Of a DNA stretch of 64,000 nt, positions 58,840-64,000 are shown one piece after another. A program made the position numbers and the translations under genes. The first letter of the stretch is position 1, and every line of letters begins with the position of its first letter. Source of the DNA: Candidatus Heimdallarchaeota archaeon (GTDB lineage: Archaea > Asgardarchaeota > Heimdallarchaeia > Heimdallarchaeales > Heimdallarchaeaceae). The DNA lies in assembly GCA_030603365.1 (NCBI GenBank), contig JAUVXV010000003.1, positions 32,001-96,000 on the forward strand, read 5' to 3'. The notes beneath the pieces are model-generated. The model did no database searches, was not told where the DNA came from, and worked only from the letters and a program-made list of their open reading frames with translations.

Positions 58840-59986
58840 GAAGTATGATGTGGTTATCATTGGTGCTGGGAGTGTAGGTGTTCCTGCTGCTTATGCCATG
58901 TCCAGAGAGGGACTGAAAGTAGCAGTGATTGATGAACTCCCTTCAACTGGTCAAGGTCAGAATAAAAAAGCAATAGGGGGAATTCGAGCTACTCACACTA
59001 ATCCATCTAAGATTCTTCTATGTCAAGAATCAATTAATATTGTTGCTAGTTGGGAGAAGAAGTATGGAACAGACATTGAGTGGCATCAAGGTGGATATAC
59101 ATTTGTTGCATATAATGAAGCTCACGAACGACTCATGAAAGAAAATCTAGTAATTCAAAAAGAAGCAGGATTAAACATCAATTGGGTGGCTAGAGATAAA
59201 ATCATAGAACTTGTTCCAGGTATTAGTCAAGAAGGATTGCGAGGTGGAACTTACTCCCCTGAAGATGGTAACTCTTCACCTTTGAAGACTCTTCATGCTA
59301 TACAAAAACAGTCTGTTATTCAAGGAACAGATTACTTCTTCAAAGAATCAGTTGTGGATATTCAGACTGAGAATAATCATGTTAAGAAACTAATGACTAA
59401 CAAAGGGGTATATGAAGCTGATTACATTATCAATGCGGCAGGAGCTTATGCTAAAGAAATAGGGGAGATGGTGGGTGTTAATTTACCTGTATTTCCTGAC
59501 TCTCATGAATCAGGTATAAGTGAACCAGTCAAGAAATTCATTGATCCTCTGGTGGTTGATTTACGACCAGGTAAAGGTACCAAAAACTTCTACTTCTATC
59601 AGAACGAGGAAGGCAAATTTATTCTATGCCTCACACCTGAACCTTTGATTCCAGGAACAAATGAAAATGAAACTTCAGTCTTTCTACCCCAAGTAGCACA
59701 GAGATTAATCAATCTGATTCCTCGAACAAAACATCTCAAAATGAGAAGGACATGGAGAGGACTTTATCCTATGACTCCCGATGGGTCTCCTATCGTTGGG
59801 AAAGTACACAATCTTGAAGGGTATATCAATGCAGTTGGAATGTGCGGACAAGGTTACATGTTAGGTCCAGGATTGGGTGAATTACTAGCAAGATTGATTC
59901 TAGAAAAAACTTCTCCACACGATGAAAGAATGTTAGAAGAGCTATCTTTTTACAGAGATTTTGGAAAGGTTGAAAAACTGAAATAG
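58832..59986 (+). CDS. FAD-dependent amine oxidoreductase (SoxB/PdhB/DadA-like beta subunit)
   Basis: IIGAGSVG, INAAGA, RTWRGLYPMTPDGSPIVG, GMCGQGYMLGPG. Start ATG 58832 behind GGAGG. Confidence 0.92.
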   Translation: MTKKYDVVIIGAGSVGVPAAYAMSREGLKVAVIDELPSTGQGQNKKAIGGIRATHTNPSKILLCQESINIVASWEKKYGTDIEWHQGGYTFVAYNEAHERLMKENLVIQKEAGLNINWVARDKIIELVPGISQEGLRGGTYSPEDGNSSPLKTLHAIQKQSVIQGTDYFFKESVVDIQTENNHVKKLMTNKGVYEADYIINAAGAYAKEIGEMVGVNLPVFPDSHESGISEPVKKFIDPLVVDLRPGKGTKNFYFYQNEEGKFILCLTPEPLIPGTNENETSVFLPQVAQRLINLIPRTKHLKMRRTWRGLYPMTPDGSPIVGKVHNLEGYINAVGMCGQGYMLGPGLGELLARLILEKTSPHDERMLEELSFYRDFGKVEKLK

Positions 59987-60079
59987 ACTTGTCAGTTACT
60001 CAATTTTGATTTGCATTTACGAATAATCTTATAACCCGAAAAACGATACTTTAAGACAAGCTTTCGAACCATCACTCAG

Positions 60080-60811
60080 TTGTTGTCTATGAAGTCAGAT
60101 ACATCTATTAAACGTCTTATTCGTTGCTATGAATCTGATATAACATGTACTGGAGGAGTGGTTTTTATCGGTGATGGTCATACTGGGAAGACACACTCGG
60201 CTTTAAGTTTATCAAGTTATAGAGAAGGAGCTTTTATTGATGCACAGTGTAGGTCGCTTTCTAAGTCAATAAATTTAGAGTTTGAATATTTTATTGCTCA
60301 TGCAAATATTGAGCAATTCAAAGTAACTGTTAGTTCGCAACTGTTTATCATGCCTGGACAAAAAGGAAAAGCAGAAAAGGGAACAGGTCTAGCATTTGAA
60401 GATGCTTTAGACCTTTATTTTGATATCAGATCAATTGATGAAGTCATTGTGTTGGTTCTAACTTACAGTTTGGTCGATATAACTACTTTTCAGAATCTTG
60501 AATACTGGTTAAATCAAGCAATTGAACATGAGCTTATACAAGATTATACAAGTATAGTTCTATTGGGAACACATCTGGATGCTGAAGATTCAGTTCTTGT
60601 TTCAGATGAAAATGTTCAGCAAGGAATACAGTTCATAGAGCGATATGTTGAGGATAAAATAGGTATTCATATTAGTCCTGAAAGGATTATACCAGTCAAA
60701 ATTTCAAATGTAACTCAAGAAGGTATTAAAGAATTTCAAGAGGCAATAAGTGAAGGTTTTTATCATTCATTTGGAATCAAAGAGATAATAGATGACCAGT
60801 TAAATTGTTAA
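60080..60811 (+). CDS. Divergent Ras/Roc-like small GTPase
   Basis: G1 GDGHTGKT, G3 variant IMPGQ, TFQNLEYW, G4 variant GTHLD, G5 KISNVTQEGI. Confidence 0.8.
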   Translation: MLSMKSDTSIKRLIRCYESDITCTGGVVFIGDGHTGKTHSALSLSSYREGAFIDAQCRSLSKSINLEFEYFIAHANIEQFKVTVSSQLFIMPGQKGKAEKGTGLAFEDALDLYFDIRSIDEVIVLVLTYSLVDITTFQNLEYWLNQAIEHELIQDYTSIVLLGTHLDAEDSVLVSDENVQQGIQFIERYVEDKIGIHISPERIIPVKISNVTQEGIKEFQEAISEGFYHSFGIKEIIDDQLNC

Positions 60812-60825
60812 TAAAGGTTGAGTAA

Positions 60826-63800
60826 ATGAAAAGAGTAGAATTAGGTAAAATTACTAGTATATTGTTAATAGCTTTATGTTTCAACTCAGTATTATATTAC
60901 AATATTTCAAATTCAAGAAATGAGGATTTCAATCCATTTTATCCTGGAACTGAGATCATCGATAATTCACCTCCTGATGATTATTTTTATGATGATTATG
61001 ATGATTACAACCCTTTTTCAAATAGAATAAAAACAGAAATATTTGAGGGAGATTATAAGACTCAAGCTTTCTTTAGTTTTAACACTTTTACAACAAATTT
61101 AGATGGTAATGGATCAGGTTATCAGTGGACAGAATATGATGCTATTCCAAGTCACAGTGCTGTTGGAATGGATGCTGAAAGATTTGGTACTGGTGATATA
61201 ACCAATGCGGTTGTACCTTCAGTCAATGATACCTACTACTTAATGGGAGCTGATTATTGGGGTTCTGGTAGATATGCGTTGATGTACAGCCCATTATTGA
61301 CATATGATACCACAATCTCCGATAAGGTTCATTATATCTTTAACATGCATAGAGACTTAAATGATGATCCATTCAATTCTCGATTTAATAATATGGATTC
61401 TACTCTCAAAATAACACTTTGGCATTTTGAAACATCAACTCTGACCTCAACAGAGATTACGTCAGTCGAATATCTTATGCCAAAAATTAATACACCTACT
61501 GATACAGAATATTGGGAATGGTTAGAAACAAATAGTTCATTTTCTTCTTATACAATTCCCGCAGGTGATAGGTTTAAGATCACTTATATGATGAAATATA
61601 ACGATGTGGGGGCAACTGCAGGGCATTATACACTTGATATTATGGCAGATGGACTATATTCAGATACCGGGATTTTAGGTACCAATCTTGATTGGACTAT
61701 AACTGATGGTGTTCATTCAAATAATTATGTTATTACAAGCACTGACGGTATGCTTGGAGTACAACTTTATATGATAGAGGAAAATACTCCTGATATTACA
61801 TTTTACAATGCAATCAATGATACCGTATATTATACTGCACAAGAAATGAATATTGATGTGACCCCTGGTTCAACCAGTTCATACAGATGGGATTATGGAA
61901 GTTGGCAAAGTTTCTCTACTTCAACCACCACCACTTTACCAGCTGTTCATGCTTGGCACTACTTAGAAATAAGAGCAAGTGAAACTGAATATAATAATAC
62001 CCGATATGAGTATTATCAATTTATTTATGATGCTTCAGAAACGAATTTTGAATTACATGCACCGTACACGAATGGTTCGACTATAACTGGAGGTATTTTG
62101 CTTAATTTTACAGTTTATTATGTGGATACGGCAACCTATGAGTGGGACAAAAACGGTACCCAATTTCCTCTAACAGATCCTTATGATATCATTACTCCTG
62201 ACTTTGAATTAGATCACAATATTACCATAAGAACCTCTGATTTCTATATGAATGAAACATTAAGGTATTTCTTCACATTTAATTCAGATCTACCTAGTGT
62301 GACACTTGATAATGTTTTGAATGGTGGAACATATGCACCTCTCAAAACAATAGATGTAGAAATCTTTGATTCAGTAGGAATAAAAGACGTCCAATATCAT
62401 TGGGATAGTGATTCTAATCTCACTTGGACACCAGCTACAGGTAATATCTATCGAACAAATCTCCCTCTTACTGATGGTGTTCATGTTCTGCATATTTATG
62501 CTTTAGACAATTACGATCAAGCGTTCTATACAAATTTTAATTTTATAACTGATAGTAACATTTTCTTAGTTGAATTACAGAATCTTTCTAACGATTCCTA
62601 TGTTCTGGGAGGAGAAACTGTCAAGATAACAATTCAGAAAAGCAATGGAACTGCTTATTTTGTGTGGGATAGTGGAGCGGTTAAAGTGGGGACAATAACA
62701 TCGCAAACAATGACATTAGCGGGAGCAAACAGCTTACCAACATCAGTAGGTTCACACAATCTTACAATAATTGCATTTGATACATTTGACGTTGAATATG
62801 TGTTCTATTTCAAGTTCATAGTTGACATAGAAGCTCCAAATATAGTACCTGACGAAATTTACAGTTTTAGACGCTATGTTTCTTCTGGCACTACAATGTA
62901 CTTTACAATTACGGATAATGAAGTTTTTGGGGAAAATCTTACAGTTCTGATATCAATTGATGGTACAGTAAATGAAACCTTGAGTGCTGGAGCTTATTTC
63001 TACAATTTAGATTATCTGGTTGATGGCACTCATAGTTTTTATCTCTATGCAATTGATCTTGCAGGGAATTCCGACATACTCTATGTCGAATTTACAATAG
63101 ATAACACCCCACCAGAACTTGAATATAAGATTCCAGAATTAGTTCCTCTAGGTAGCGATAATTATGTTCCTGGAAATGCTGAAGTGATAGTTACTGTCAG
63201 TGATGCTTATTCTGGTGTTATAACTTATTATACTTGGGGAGGAGAACAGCATACTTTTAACGAAAGCTTTGTACTGCCTGCCGAAAATGCCTCTGGAACA
63301 TTGATAATTTATGCATACGATGGGTTACACACTTCAACTAATATTACAAGTATAATTATAGATATCGAAGCTCCAAGTGTCACTCTTATCGGGATGACAA
63401 ATACAACAGAAGAAGTAAACTTTTATACAGCATTGTATTTTGAGACAAGTGATGATTTAGGAGACAATACGATAGAATTAGTTCGATATTCGTGGGACAT
63501 TCTCCCTGGTGCTTGGTATACTAGCTCTGAGCATGATTTTAATGTGTCAGTTATACCCTTCTATGAACATGAAGATAATGTTGTTTTCTATGTTTACATG
63601 AAAGATATTGTTGGAAATAATCACATTGAATGGTTCATATTTAAAATAGATGATGAACCACCTAATCTTGATTTAGAGTTTTACGATGCTTCCGAAGAGA
63701 AATGGTTGGATATTGGTGATTCATTCTTTGCTCAAAGCAATCAAACAATAAGATACAATTCTTATGTAAATGAACCGGGAGAATTAATAACCTTTAATTA

Positions 63801-64000
63801 TTATTGGGCTCATAAAGGTCCTGAGGAATACAAAGGTTCCTTGAATGTAACAGAAGAATATCCAACGTTTGAAACACCCGAAACAGATGGTAATTATACT
63901 TTGGTAGTTATATTAATTGATAATGTAAACAATGAAATTAGTTTTAATATCACTTTCTTGATTGATAATATAGTTTTAACTTTTAATAGACCTGATGATT
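60826..64000 (+). CDS. Large secreted Ig-like repeat surface protein, truncated by the window end (not in ORF track)
   Basis: Signal peptide MKRVELGKITSILLIALC; repeats such as LPLTDGVHVLHIYALD, LVDGTHSFYLYAIDLAGN, DIEAP, YxWD; no stop seen in the stretches translated. Confidence 0.85.
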   Translation, partial: MKRVELGKITSILLIALCFNSVLYYNISNSRNEDFNPFYPGTEIIDNSPPDDYFYDDYDDYNPFSNRIKTEIFEGDYKTQAFFSFNTFTTNLDGNGSGYQWTEYDAIPSHSAVGMDAERFGTGDITNAVVPSVNDTYYLMGADYWGSGRYALMYSPLLTYDTTISDKVHYIFNMHRDLNDDPFNSRFNNMDSTLKITLWHFETSTLTSTEITSVEYLMPKINTPTDTEYWEWLETNSSFSSYTIPAGDRFKITYMMKYNDVGATAGHYTLDIMADGLYSDTGILGTNLDWTITDGVHSNNYVITSTDGMLGVQLYMIEENTPDITFYNAINDTVYYTAQEMNIDVTPGSTSSYRWDYGSWQSFSTSTTTTLPAVHAWHYLEIRASETEYNNTRYEYYQFIYDASETNFELHAPYTNGSTITGGILLNFTVYYVDTATYEWDKNGTQFPLTDPYDIITPDFELDHNITIRTSDFYMNETLRYFFTFNSDLPSVTLDNVLNGGTYAPLKTIDVEIFDSVGIKDVQYHWDSDSNLTWTPATGNIYRTNLPLTDGVHVLHIYALDNYDQAFYTNFNFITDSNIFLVELQNLSNDSYVLGGETVKITIQKSNGTAYFVWDSGAVKVGTITSQTMTLAGANSLPTSVGSHNLTIIAFDTFDVEYVFYFKFIVDIEAPNIVPDEIYSFRRYVSSGTTMYFTITDNEVFGENLTVLISIDGTVNETLSAGAYFYNLDYLVDGTHSFYLYAIDLAGNSDILYVEFTIDNTPPELEYKIPELVPLGSDNYVPGNAEVIVTVSDAYSGVITYYTWGGEQHTFNESFVLPAENASGTLIIYAYDGLHTSTNITSIIIDIEAPSVTLIGMTNTTEEVNFYTALYFETSDDLGDNTIELVRYSWDILPGAWYTSSEHDFNVSVIPFYEHEDNVVFYVYMKDIVGNNHIEWFIFKIDDEPPNLDLEFYDASEEKWLDIGDSFFAQSNQTIRYNSYVNEPGELITFNYYWAHKGPEEYKGSLNVTEEYPTFETPETDGNYTLVVILIDNVNNEISFNITFLIDNIVLTFNRPDD

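Overview
AT-rich archaeal chromosomal window, very likely from an Asgard archaeon (probably Heimdallarchaeia). It carries a eukaryote-like actin, a uDENN/longin-like protein, a divergent small GTPase, Alba, NucS, a RIO kinase and archaeal A1-U72 tRNA-Gln genes. Most genes are housekeeping or transport: sugar, metal and exporter ABC systems, hydrolases, SDRs, a GH18, an arylsulfotransferase pair and a proline/sarcosine dehydrogenase-like pair. Four loci stand out. (1) 27.9-30.0 kb: a nest of palindromes sits directly upstream of an AT-hook/basic coiled-coil (bZIP-like) protein whose stop overlaps the actin start. This site + DNA-binding adaptor + actin layout resembles a ParMRC partition module built on a eukaryote-type actin. 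(2) 33.2-39.5 kb: a chimeric glutaminyl-tRNA synthetase (archaeal GluRS N-terminal domain on a bacterial-type GlnRS body), followed by both tRNA-Gln isoacceptors and a third Gln-like tRNA with an aberrant 8-nt anticodon loop. (3) 16.3-23.6 kb: a split methionine synthase/MttB cluster enclosing an opine dehydrogenase plus an uncharacterised B12-binding enzyme, preceded by a coupled leader peptide and an RBS-occluding hairpin. (4) 53.7-56.7 kb: a P2A-like P-type ATPase with a P4-flippase-like PISI motif in place of PEGL. All family assignments come from motif recognition, not database searches.
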